Below are positions 1 to 9,618 of a DNA stretch of 64,000 bases, piece after piece. The stretch's first letter is position 1; every line of letters starts with the position of its first letter. Origin of the DNA: Terriglobia bacterium (lineage in GTDB: Bacteria; Acidobacteriota; Terriglobia; JAJPHL01; JAPKYU01). Location: NCBI GenBank assembly GCA_965223005.1, contig CBDCVK010000010.1, positions 420,820 through 484,819 on the forward strand, read 5' to 3'. The notes below the pieces were generated by a model, which was given only the letters and a program-made list of their open reading frames with translations, did no database searches and had not been told where the DNA came from. The position numbers and the translations under genes were made by a program.

Positions 1-204
1 TTGCAGCGGCCGCGTTCCCCATGTCAAGAAGTGGTTCCTCCGAGCAATTCAGTAACCTGCTGGACTTCTGCGCAGAAAGGACACAAAGTCGCACGCCGGC
101 CGGAAAATGCTAGCCCGAGACGCAGTTTCCAGTAGGAAGATCACCTCTGGTGCCAGCCCTCGTGCGAGCACATTCGGCTCTGATGTCTGGGGAAACGGGA
201 AGCA

Positions 205-2256
205 ATGCCTGAACTGAATTTCCTGCAGGATCTGCTGATTCTGTTCGGCCTCAGTATCGCGGTGGTGGTTGCGTTCCATCGCGCCAATCTGCCGCCGGTT
301 GTGGGTTTCTTGATCACTGGGGTGGTCTGCGGGCCGTATGGGTTTGGATTGATCGACGGGGTCCACGAAGTTGAATTCCTTGCCGAGATTGGAGTTGTTC
401 TCCTGCTGTTTACCGTGGGGATTGAGGTCTCCATCGAGAAACTGGTGCGTCTGCGGACCTTCCTGCTAGTGGGGGGTGGGCTTCAGGTGGCGCTGACACT
501 GGCCGCCATCCTCGCACTGGCGCGCCTGTGGGGAATGAGCCTGGCGCTGGCCACCTATCTAGGCATGTTGGTTTCTCTGAGCAGCACGGTGATCGTGATG
601 CGCCTGCTGGCCGACCGCGGGGAGCTGGACAGCCCTCACGGTCGAACGTCTCTGGGCATCCTCATTTTTCAAGACCTTTGCATCGTCCCCATGCTCCTGC
701 TGGCCCCTTTCTTGGCGGGACCGGGAGTAGAGGTGGCTGCCGTAGTCCTCGTTGCTGCCAAGGCGCTCGTGTTCGTGATCGCGGCTGTAGTCGGCGCCCG
801 TTATCTGGTTCCCTGGTTGCTCCACAAGGTGGTCGAGACCCGAAAGCGCGAGGTCTTCCTTCTGACGATCATGCTGCTGTGCCTGGGTGCGGCCTGGGCG
901 GCGGCCCAGGTTGGTATGTCACTGGCGTTGGGGGCCTTTATTGCTGGGCTGATCATCTCCGAATCGGAGTACAGCCACCAGGCGCTGGGCGAGGTGCTTC
1001 CCTTCCGAGAGGTGTTCAACAGCCTGTTCTTCATCTCCATTGGGATGCTATTTGACGTGCGCACCCTGCTCTTGTCCCCCGTGGCGGTCCTGGGAAGTGT
1101 GCTGGCGATTCTTGTGATAAAGGCCGGCGTGGCCGCCAGTGTGACGTTCGCTTTGGGCTTCTCCATGCGAGTGGCTGTGCTCACCGGCTTAGGGCTGGCA
1201 CAAATCGGCGAGTTCTCGTTTGTGTTGTCCAAGGTGGGTCTGCAGGCGGGGCTGCTGGATGACCGCCTGAACCAGTTGTTCCTGGCTGTGGCGGTTGGCA
1301 CGATGGCGCTGACCCCGGCGCTGGGCGCTGCCGCCCGCCGGCTGGCCGGCTGGCTGGACCCCCGCGTTCCCGGTCGTTGGGCGAGAGGCAGGGAGCTGCC
1401 GTTGGACGACGCGGACAAAGTGCGGCGGCTCGAAGATCACGTCGTCGTAATCGGCTACGGACTGAATGGGCGCAACTTGGCCCGTGTGCTGGAGCACGTT
1501 GGGATCCCGTTCGTCGTGCTGGAAATGAACCCGGCCGTCGCCAGGGCCGCTCGCGAGAAGCGTGTCCCGGTTGTCTACGGGGATGCGACGCACGCCGATC
1601 TTCTGCGCCATGTCGGCATTGAGAAGGCTCGGGTGGTAGTGGTCGCCATTTCCGATGCGGCGGCCAGTCGGCGCACTGCGGACATCGCTCGCCGTCTAAA
1701 TCCGGCAGCCTACATCATCGTGCGAAGCCGGTACTTGCAGGAAATGGAGCCGCTGGTGGCGGTCGGCGCCCACGAGGTGGTCCCGGAGGAGTTTGAGACT
1801 TCGATCGAGATCTTCTCCCGAGTCCTTCACCGATATCTCGTTCCAAGGGACATCATCGAGCGGTGCGTCGGTGAGGTTCGCCGGGACGGGTACGAAATGT
1901 TCCGGACGCTCTACGCGGCTCACCGCCCGGCCGAAGGGATGCAGCGGTTTCTCCGCAATTTGGCAATGGAGGTCTACCGAGTCGACTCCGGCAGCCGGGT
2001 CGTCGGCAAGCGGCTGGCGGAATCCGGAATCCGACAGAACACCGGGGCCACGGTCTTAGCCATCCAGCGGAGCGATGGGAACTTGGTAGTGAATCCGGCG
2101 TCTAGTGAGGTGATGGGGGAAGAAGATAGAGTTCTGCTGCTGGGCCGGCCCGAGCAACTAGCCGCGGCGGCCGCGTTCTTTGTGAAGGATTCCGGGGCCG
2201 TGGCGGCACAGCCACCTCCCGATGATCCCCGAGACCCTCGCCTCCACAATACCTAG
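205..2256 (+). CDS. CPA2-family monovalent cation:proton antiporter with C-terminal TrkA-N/TrkA-C (RCK) domains (KefB/KefC-like)
   Basis: Long N-terminal polytopic membrane domain (FLITGVVCGPYGFGLI...). C-terminal Rossmann segment VVVIGYGLNGRNLARVL typical of TrkA-N, then a TrkA-C-like tail. ATG is preceded by a purine-rich stretch. Confidence 0.8.
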   Translation: MPELNFLQDLLILFGLSIAVVVAFHRANLPPVVGFLITGVVCGPYGFGLIDGVHEVEFLAEIGVVLLLFTVGIEVSIEKLVRLRTFLLVGGGLQVALTLAAILALARLWGMSLALATYLGMLVSLSSTVIVMRLLADRGELDSPHGRTSLGILIFQDLCIVPMLLLAPFLAGPGVEVAAVVLVAAKALVFVIAAVVGARYLVPWLLHKVVETRKREVFLLTIMLLCLGAAWAAAQVGMSLALGAFIAGLIISESEYSHQALGEVLPFREVFNSLFFISIGMLFDVRTLLLSPVAVLGSVLAILVIKAGVAASVTFALGFSMRVAVLTGLGLAQIGEFSFVLSKVGLQAGLLDDRLNQLFLAVAVGTMALTPALGAAARRLAGWLDPRVPGRWARGRELPLDDADKVRRLEDHVVVIGYGLNGRNLARVLEHVGIPFVVLEMNPAVARAAREKRVPVVYGDATHADLLRHVGIEKARVVVVAISDAAASRRTADIARRLNPAAYIIVRSRYLQEMEPLVAVGAHEVVPEEFETSIEIFSRVLHRYLVPRDIIERCVGEVRRDGYEMFRTLYAAHRPAEGMQRFLRNLAMEVYRVDSGSRVVGKRLAESGIRQNTGATVLAIQRSDGNLVVNPASSEVMGEEDRVLLLGRPEQLAAAAAFFVKDSGAVAAQPPPDDPRDPRLHNT

Positions 2257-2366
2257 TTGCTGCCATGGCATGACCCCCTCTGCTTGGGGTAGCGGAATCC
2301 CATCGGCAAAATACAACTTCCACCCGATACCCGCCTCCCTCCCTTCAGAAGTACAATAAACCATAT

Positions 2367-3890
2367 ATGCATACCGAGGAAACCCTAAGGAACACCGTTC
2401 TAGAGCGATTGAACGGCGGCAAGTTCGTGGTGGTTTCCAACCGGGAGCCGTTTGTCCACCGCTGGGAGGATGGGCGGATCGTTTGCCTGCAGCCGGCTAG
2501 TGGAGTGACCCGGGCCTTGGATCCCGTCCTGCGTGCGGCTCGCGGACTGTGGGTGGCCCACGGCAGCGGGGATGGGGACCGCGAGGTGGTGGACTTTCGG
2601 GACTTGATCGCCGTTCCTCCCAAGCGACCCCGATACACCCTCAAGCGCGTCTGGTTAAGCCAGGAACAGGAAGACCTGTACTATTACGGCTTCGCGAACC
2701 AAGCCTTGTGGCCCTTGTGCCACGTTGTCTACCAGCGGCCAGTTTTTGAAGAAGCGCACTGGAAAGCTTACCAGGAGGTCAATGCCCGGTTTGCTGACGC
2801 GATCGCCGAGGAGATTGGGGGGGAGCGCGCCTTTGTCTTCATCCAGGACTATCATCTGGCCTTGCTCTCGCGCATGATCAAGGAGCGTTGCCCGGACGCC
2901 ATCACCGCGCAGTTTTGGCACATTCCCTGGCCGAATCCGGAGGTTTTCCGCATCTGCCCCTGGCAGGAGCAGATCCTGGAGGGATTGCTGGGCAACGACA
3001 TCCTGGGCTTTCATCTCCGCTACCACTGCATGAATTTTTTGGACACGGTAGCCAGAGTTCTGGAGGCCCGAGTGGACAGCGAGCTGCGGGCGGTGATTTA
3101 CGGTGGTGCAACCACGAAAGTGCGTTCCTTTCCGATCAGCGTGGACTTTGAGGCCATCCAGGAGGCAGCCGAGACAGCCGAAGTGTGTGCGGAGATGGGT
3201 CGGTTGCGCCAGCGCTTCCAACTCAGGGGCCAATTCGTGGCACTCGGTGTCGATCGGCTGGACTATACGAAGGGAATCGCAGAGCGGTTTCGGGCGGTGG
3301 ATCGGTTTCTGATGAAGTACCCTGAATACCGGGGTCGGTTCACCCTGATGCAGGCAGGCGTCCCCACCCGGTCTCGCATTCCTCAGTACCAGCAGGTGGA
3401 AGAAGAACTGGAGCGGCTGGCCGAGGAGATTAACCACAGGCACCAGAGAGAGAGTTGGCAGCCCATCGTGTTCGTCAAAGATCATTTTGATCCGGTCAGC
3501 CTATACGCCCTGTACCGTCTGGCCGACCTGTGCATCGTCAGCTCGCTGCACGACGGGATGAACCTGGTGGCCAAGGAATTTGTCAGCGCCCGTTTCGACG
3601 AAGCCGGGGTGCTGCTATTGAGTCCTTTCACCGGCGCCTCGCGAGAACTGCGCGAGGCCGTGCTGGTCAATCCCTACGCTACCGACGAGTTTGCCGAAGC
3701 CATCCGGGGGGCCCTGGAAATGGACCCTGAGGAGGCGCGCCTGCGCATGCGGCAACTGCGACAGACGGTGGCGCGGGAAAACATTTACTGCTGGGCTACT
3801 CGCATCGTGGAAAAGCTCTCCGATCTATCTGAGGAACTGGGCCATGCTGAGCCCTTGGGGGCTTTGGCTGCGGATATCGCGAGAGCTTGA
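2367..3890 (+). CDS. otsA: alpha,alpha-trehalose-phosphate synthase (GT20, OtsA-type)
   Basis: GT20 signatures: VVVSNREP, YYYGFANQALWPLCH, IQDYHLALL, SLHDGMNLVAKEF. Length 507 aa. Ends in a TGA that is in frame with downstream phosphatase-like residues. Confidence 0.85.
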   Translation: MHTEETLRNTVLERLNGGKFVVVSNREPFVHRWEDGRIVCLQPASGVTRALDPVLRAARGLWVAHGSGDGDREVVDFRDLIAVPPKRPRYTLKRVWLSQEQEDLYYYGFANQALWPLCHVVYQRPVFEEAHWKAYQEVNARFADAIAEEIGGERAFVFIQDYHLALLSRMIKERCPDAITAQFWHIPWPNPEVFRICPWQEQILEGLLGNDILGFHLRYHCMNFLDTVARVLEARVDSELRAVIYGGATTKVRSFPISVDFEAIQEAAETAEVCAEMGRLRQRFQLRGQFVALGVDRLDYTKGIAERFRAVDRFLMKYPEYRGRFTLMQAGVPTRSRIPQYQQVEEELERLAEEINHRHQRESWQPIVFVKDHFDPVSLYALYRLADLCIVSSLHDGMNLVAKEFVSARFDEAGVLLLSPFTGASRELREAVLVNPYATDEFAEAIRGALEMDPEEARLRMRQLRQTVARENIYCWATRIVEKLSDLSEELGHAEPLGALAADIARA

Positions 3891-4147
3891 ACAACCCCCC
3901 CGCTGCTGTTACTCTTCGATTTCGACGGAAGGCTGGCTCCTAGTATGGAGCGGCCCCTCTGTGCTATTTTATTTTGGCGACGACGTGGGCGATGAGCCGG
4001 CTTTCGCCGTGGTCTCGCAAGGAGGCTCCGCGGTGCGGGTCGGCAAGAGGGTGCGTAGTTCTCGCGCGCCTTTCTACCTGACCAGTCCGGCTGACCCGTC
4101 CGGAGAAGCTCTCCGACTTTCTTCAGCGCGCTTGGAGCTGCCTGGTA
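3891..4147 (+). pseudogene. otsB: decayed trehalose-6-phosphate phosphatase (OtsB/TPP) domain remnant, formerly fused to otsA
   Basis: Immediately after the otsA TGA, in the same frame, is a C7 tract and then LLLLFDFDGRLAP (HAD motif I, DxDG with the T replaced by R). About 50 nt later, in a different frame, is YFGDDVGDEPAF...GGSAVRVGK...APFYLTSPADP, resembling the OtsB C-terminus (GDD.TDE...VKVG...A.Y.L..P..V). The middle roughly 450 nt of a TPP domain is missing. Confidence 0.55.
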
Positions 4148-4183
4148 CGGAAACGGCCGCACAGGGACAGCGCGATCAGACAG

Positions 4184-4864
4184 GTGCGAGGGGAGCAGGA
4201 GGCGTGGGAAAAAGCTGTGGTTGACGCGTTTCGCTTCTACACGGAATCCAACCTAGCCCTGTACACCCCCCGGCGGGCCGACAGTCTTCGCTCCCTGCTG
4301 GAATGCATTCGGAAAGTCAGCGGGGCTTCCATCTTCTACCACTTTTTCCACGCCCTGCGGCGGCGGCACTTCACCACCTTCGAATACAAGAATGACTTCG
4401 CCCGCTGGGTGGTCATGAATTTCCAGGAGCCGCGCCTGGCCGAGCGGCTGGCGGTCATTGACCCCTTAGAGTTCGGCAGCGTGCGGGCCACGCGCGAGCG
4501 GTTGATCCGCTACCTGGAGGAGGCCGTCGGGAGCAGCGAGTACTCGGTGCGGGTCCGCGACGGCGAAGAATTTCGGTTTCTTACCTTGAAAAGCTTTGTC
4601 TTCCCCACCGGCCTGGTAGCCCACGATCTCCGCGAACTGGCTGCCTGCATCGAGCGGTCCAGCTTGAGCTCGTTGTTCTTTCACTTCATCGAGACGCGCC
4701 TGCGAATGGGCCTTCCCAGCAACGACTATTCCCTGTGGTTGGAAACTGTCTTCGGAGAGGGGGAACTGGCCGCGCAAATTAATCGGCTGAGCCCCTACTT
4801 TCATAGCCTCCCTGAAGTGCGGAGCCGGATCGTCGAACTCGTACGACAGAGGTGCGGGACATGA
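4184..4864 (+). CDS. conserved hypothetical protein, translationally coupled to treT
   Basis: 226-aa ORF starting at a GTG, with good coding periodicity. Its stop overlaps the treT ATG (ATGA-type overlap at 4852-4864). No recognisable catalytic motif; start codon uncertain. Confidence 0.5.
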   Translation: MRGEQEAWEKAVVDAFRFYTESNLALYTPRRADSLRSLLECIRKVSGASIFYHFFHALRRRHFTTFEYKNDFARWVVMNFQEPRLAERLAVIDPLEFGSVRATRERLIRYLEEAVGSSEYSVRVRDGEEFRFLTLKSFVFPTGLVAHDLRELAACIERSSLSSLFFHFIETRLRMGLPSNDYSLWLETVFGEGELAAQINRLSPYFHSLPEVRSRIVELVRQRCGT

Positions 4865-6132
4865 GTGCGATTCGCCTGGAGGACTACGCCCCACTGGTCG
4901 GCGAAGGCGAACTCCACGACCTGCGGCTTCTGGCGGCTCCCTTGAAAGGGCTTCGAGTACAACACATCAACTCCACTGCGCTGGGGGGCGGCGTGGCCGA
5001 AATTCTGATGCGGCTGGTGCCACTGATGCGGGAATTAGGCTTGGATGCTTCCTGGACGGTTCTCGACGGCACCCCTGAGTTCTTCGAAGTGACGAAGGCG
5101 TTTCACAACGGGCTGCACGGGCAACCCACCCAGATCACGCTGCCCATGCTGCAATGTTACAAGCAAGTCCAGGAAAGTAACTATGCCAAGGTGGATCCCA
5201 AGGCGGACGTCGTCGTGTTGCACGATCCTCAACCGGCGGGGCTGGCCGAAATGCGGACTGGGCATCCGGGCCGTTGGATCTGGCGCTGCCACATTGATCT
5301 CTCCGACGCGGATCCAATGGTCTGGGGTTTCCTTCGCCCCTACGTCGAACGTTGTAATGCGGCCCTCTTTCACCTGCCCGAGTATGCCCAGGAGTTGCAC
5401 ATTGAGCAGTACGTCATCCCACCGGCAATTGATCCGTTTTCCGAGAAGAACCGCGATCTCAATGAGAGTGAAATAACTCATGTTTTGAAGAAATTCGGCA
5501 TGGACCCGGGCCGCCCGATTGTAGCGCAGGTTTCGCGCTTTGATCGGCTCAAGGACCCCGTGGGAGTCATCCAGGCCTACCGGCAACTCGGCAGATGGGT
5601 GGATTGCCAGCTTCTGCTGGCTGGCGGGGCTGCGGCCGACGACCCGGAAGGCCAGGAGGTGCTCGCCGAGGTCCGGCAGCAGGTTGCTGAAGATCCCAAT
5701 GTCTTCGTTTTGGATCTACCTCCGGACAGCCATTTTGAGATCAACGCCCTGCAGCGGGCCGCCACCGTGATCGTGCAAAAATCCATCCGAGAAGGCTTTG
5801 GGTTGGTGGTAACTGAGGCGATGTGGAAATGCAAGCCGGTCATTGGCGGAAATGTCGGCGGCATCCGTCGACAGATCCTCCACGGGGAAACAGGCTACCT
5901 GGTCAACACTATCGAGGGCACCGCCTGGTACTTGCGCGAATTGCTGGTCAATCGGGCTCTGGCGGCGCGCATGGGTGTCTTGGCGCAAGAATACGTTCGG
6001 ACCAACGCACTCCTTCCCCAGTATCTGCAAAGCTGGCTCCTGGTTCTGCTTGGGTTGCACCAGCCCGGCGAGGGCATCCTGCCTTTGCGCGAAACCGTGC
6101 GCCCTGTGAAGCCACAAGAGCAAACTGCCTGA
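4852..6132 (+). CDS. treT: trehalose synthase TreT-type (GT4, NDP-glucose:glucose glucosyltransferase)
   Basis: Blocks matching archaeal/bacterial TreT: INSTALGGGVAEIL, HDPQPAGL, WIWRCHIDLSD, FHLPEY, VSRFDRLKDP, EGFGLVVTEAMWKCKPVIGGNVGGI. Confidence 0.8.
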   Translation: MRDMSAIRLEDYAPLVGEGELHDLRLLAAPLKGLRVQHINSTALGGGVAEILMRLVPLMRELGLDASWTVLDGTPEFFEVTKAFHNGLHGQPTQITLPMLQCYKQVQESNYAKVDPKADVVVLHDPQPAGLAEMRTGHPGRWIWRCHIDLSDADPMVWGFLRPYVERCNAALFHLPEYAQELHIEQYVIPPAIDPFSEKNRDLNESEITHVLKKFGMDPGRPIVAQVSRFDRLKDPVGVIQAYRQLGRWVDCQLLLAGGAAADDPEGQEVLAEVRQQVAEDPNVFVLDLPPDSHFEINALQRAATVIVQKSIREGFGLVVTEAMWKCKPVIGGNVGGIRRQILHGETGYLVNTIEGTAWYLRELLVNRALAARMGVLAQEYVRTNALLPQYLQSWLLVLLGLHQPGEGILPLRETVRPVKPQEQTA

Positions 6133-6238
6133 CTTGCGTTCTTAGGATGCCAGGCTAGGAAACCGGCTTTCCTCCTAGGCGCAACTCTAGGGCGGAGGCT
6201 GTGGCGTCGCCAGCGGGAAGTGAGAAGAGCGTGTAGCC

Positions 6239-6694
6239 TTAGCGCGTCCTGCGTTGGTTGAGGTTCCAGCGGATCATCAATTCCAGACGCTTGGAGCTGG
6301 AGGGGAGGAAGGCCCCAGCCGGGCCCGGTGTCAAGCCCAGGTAGAGGTTGTGTTTGTACAACCCCACGTCCACCTTTCCATCCAGAAAGCTGTGCAGGCG
6401 GAACCCCTTGTAGAGGTGGAAATAGTCGCGTTCGTAGGTAAAATTCTTGTAGCGGAAGTGTAAGGGCCGGATCAGTCCCCTCGAGCGTAACAGCCGATCC
6501 TCCTCGCTCCTGCGCCCGAAGTCTCCCAGGGCTCCGAACAACGAGCCGTCGCTCTTGGGGGTGTGAGGACGCCAGAACATTTGCACTCCGGCGGCGTCCT
6601 GGGCGTTTGCCAAGCTTTCCTCAGCCAGGCCTACCGGCGATGCCAACAGGGCAACCGCCGTAACAACCGTCAGCGTCCAATAAGCCGACCCCAT
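6239..6694 (-). CDS. small secreted hypothetical protein
   Basis: N-terminal signal peptide MGSAYWTLTVVTAVALLASPVGLA. SD-like GAAGGGGA 6 nt upstream of the ATG. No recognisable domain. Confidence 0.45.
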   Translation of the reverse strand: MGSAYWTLTVVTAVALLASPVGLAEESLANAQDAAGVQMFWRPHTPKSDGSLFGALGDFGRRSEEDRLLRSRGLIRPLHFRYKNFTYERDYFHLYKGFRLHSFLDGKVDVGLYKHNLYLGLTPGPAGAFLPSSSKRLELMIRWNLNQRRTR

Positions 6695-6856
6695 GACTCC
6701 CCTTCAGATAGCTTTTGCCCTTGGATCTCCTCTGCGGAGTATACCACACCATCCCGTCCGCGTAGTTTTCAAAGTGGCTAGCCGAGTGTGCTCACAAAGC
6801 GATCTCTTTCTGGGTGTCTATTATGTTCCTGAATAGATGGCATCAGAGAAAGAGCC

Positions 6857-6886
6857 TTGACTCGCCGGGAGAGGGGATTGTATAAA
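6857..6886 (+). promoter_or_regulatory. putative sigma70-type promoter of glnA (TTGACT - 18 nt - TATAAA)
   Basis: TTGACT at 6857-6862 and TATAAA at 6881-6886, about 45 nt upstream of the glnA ATG. Confidence 0.35.
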
Positions 6887-6931
6887 CGACGGCCGCTTAT
6901 CTCTGCTGCGAATTACCTAAGGAGGCTAGGT

Positions 6932-8350
6932 ATGGCCAAAACTCCCGACGATGTTCGGAAACTGGCAAAAGGCGCCGGGGCCCAAATTGTGGACTTCCGA
7001 TTCGTAGACCTGCCCGGGGTGTGGCAGCATTTCTCCATCCCCGCTGAAGACCTCAGCGACGACCTGTTCGAAGAGGGCATCGGTTTCGATGGCTCCAGCA
7101 TTCGCGGCTTCCAGCTCATCCAGGAAAGCGACATGCTGCTGGTCGCCGACCCGGAGACGGCTCAGATGGATCCCATCCTGGAGATTCCCACGCTGAACTT
7201 GATCTGCAACGTGAAGGACCCGGTGACGCTGCAGAGCTACACCCGCGATGCTCGCTATATCGCGCAGAAGGCGGAAAACCACCTGAAGAGCACAGGAATC
7301 GCCGATGCCAGCTACTGGGGCCCAGAGGCGGAGTTCTATATCTTTGACGATGTCCGCTATGAGCAGAATGCACAGTCCGGCTATTACTTCATCGATTCCA
7401 AAGAGGGCATCTGGAACTCCGGTCGGGAGGAGAATCCCAACCTCGGCTACAAGCTACGCCATAAGGAGGGTTACTTCCCCGTGCCGCCGGCCGACAGCAT
7501 GCAGGACATGCGCTCGGAAATCATCCTGAAACTGGCACAGGTGGGCGTTCCGGTTGAGGTGCATCACCACGAGGTGGGGACCGCCGGCCAGGGCGAGATT
7601 GATATGAAGTACGGGCCCCTCACCAAGTTGGCTGACAGCATGATGTGGTACAAGTACATTATTCGCAACGTCGCCCGCAAGCACGGCAAGTCGGCCACCT
7701 TCATGCCCAAGCCCATATTTGGCGACAACGGTTCGGGCATGCACACCCACCAGAGCTTGTGGAAGAGTGGCAAGCCCTTGTTTGCCGGGGACCTCTACGG
7801 GGGGCTGAGCCAGATGGCCCTGTGGTACGCGGGCGGCCTGCTCAAGCACGCCGCAGTGCTGCTGGCCTTCTGCGCTCCGACCACCAACTCCTACCGGCGC
7901 CTGGTGCCCGGATTCGAAGCACCGGTCAACCTGGCCTACTCACGCCGCAATCGCAGCGCGGCTGTCCGCATCCCGATGTACTCGACCAGCCCCAAGGCTA
8001 AGCGAATCGAGTTCCGGCCTCCGGACCCCTCCGCCAACCCCTATCTCTGCTTTGCCGCGCAGTTGATGGCAGGTCTGGACGGAATCCAGAACCGGATCGA
8101 TCCCGGCGAGCCGATTGACAAAGACCTCTACGACCTGGAACCGGAGGAAGCCGCCAAAATCCAGAGCACCCCGGGCTCTCTCGGCGAGGTGCTCGACTTG
8201 CTGGAGAAGGACCACGACTGGCTGCTGGCCGGCGATGTGTTCACGCCCGACGTGATCGAGTCCTGGCTCACCTATAAGCGCGAACGCGAACTGGCCCCGG
8301 TGAACCTGCGCCCCGTGCCCTACGAGTTCTTCCTCTATTACGATCTGTAA
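6932..8350 (+). CDS. glnA: glutamine synthetase type I
   Basis: Strong SD TAAGGAGG 6 nt before the ATG at 6932. Motifs [17 protein letters not shown], and a C-terminal GS catalytic region. The track ORF starting at 6857 is a TTG over-extension. Confidence 0.9.
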   Translation: MAKTPDDVRKLAKGAGAQIVDFRFVDLPGVWQHFSIPAEDLSDDLFEEGIGFDGSSIRGFQLIQESDMLLVADPETAQMDPILEIPTLNLICNVKDPVTLQSYTRDARYIAQKAENHLKSTGIADASYWGPEAEFYIFDDVRYEQNAQSGYYFIDSKEGIWNSGREENPNLGYKLRHKEGYFPVPPADSMQDMRSEIILKLAQVGVPVEVHHHEVGTAGQGEIDMKYGPLTKLADSMMWYKYIIRNVARKHGKSATFMPKPIFGDNGSGMHTHQSLWKSGKPLFAGDLYGGLSQMALWYAGGLLKHAAVLLAFCAPTTNSYRRLVPGFEAPVNLAYSRRNRSAAVRIPMYSTSPKAKRIEFRPPDPSANPYLCFAAQLMAGLDGIQNRIDPGEPIDKDLYDLEPEEAAKIQSTPGSLGEVLDLLEKDHDWLLAGDVFTPDVIESWLTYKRERELAPVNLRPVPYEFFLYYDL

Positions 8351-8383
8351 CTCTGGAGAAGTCTGGAGCAGCACGCTCGGTCG

Positions 8384-8412
8384 TCCCCGACCCGCCCAGG
8401 CGGGTCGGGGAG
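8384..8412. terminator. GC-rich hairpin between convergent glnA and ldh (possible bidirectional terminator)
   Basis: CCCCGACCCGCC-cagg-CGGGTCGGGG, a perfect 10-12 bp stem. No U-run, as is common in high-GC genomes. Confidence 0.4.
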
Positions 8413-8511
8413 GGTCCAGACATTTGCCGAAAGGATTGTGCGCGGCTCTCCGCAAGCCCAGCGCACGTCTGCCCTGAGGGAGGCTTGAGGAGTGGAGGGA
8501 GCCTGGGTCTC

Positions 8512-9515
<1,004 letters not shown>

Positions 9516-9618
9516 AGCGGTCGTGAGGTGGTCGCCTGGGACCTTGCTCTTCACCTGCTCCGCTTCTCCATATTCGATTTCCTTGATTTCCAAGCAGGGA
9601 TTTCCGGGCAGGCGACCT

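Noticed and set aside
3691-4224. 177-aa ORF in the six-frame track
   Set aside because: It overlaps the 3' end of otsA in another frame and simply carries, in-frame, the decayed OtsB C-terminal remnant. It is not an independent gene.
6700-6931. Sigma-54 (GG-N10-GC) promoter upstream of glnA
   Set aside because: No convincing TGGCAC-N5-TTGC element; only a sigma70-like TTGACT/TATAAA pair is visible.
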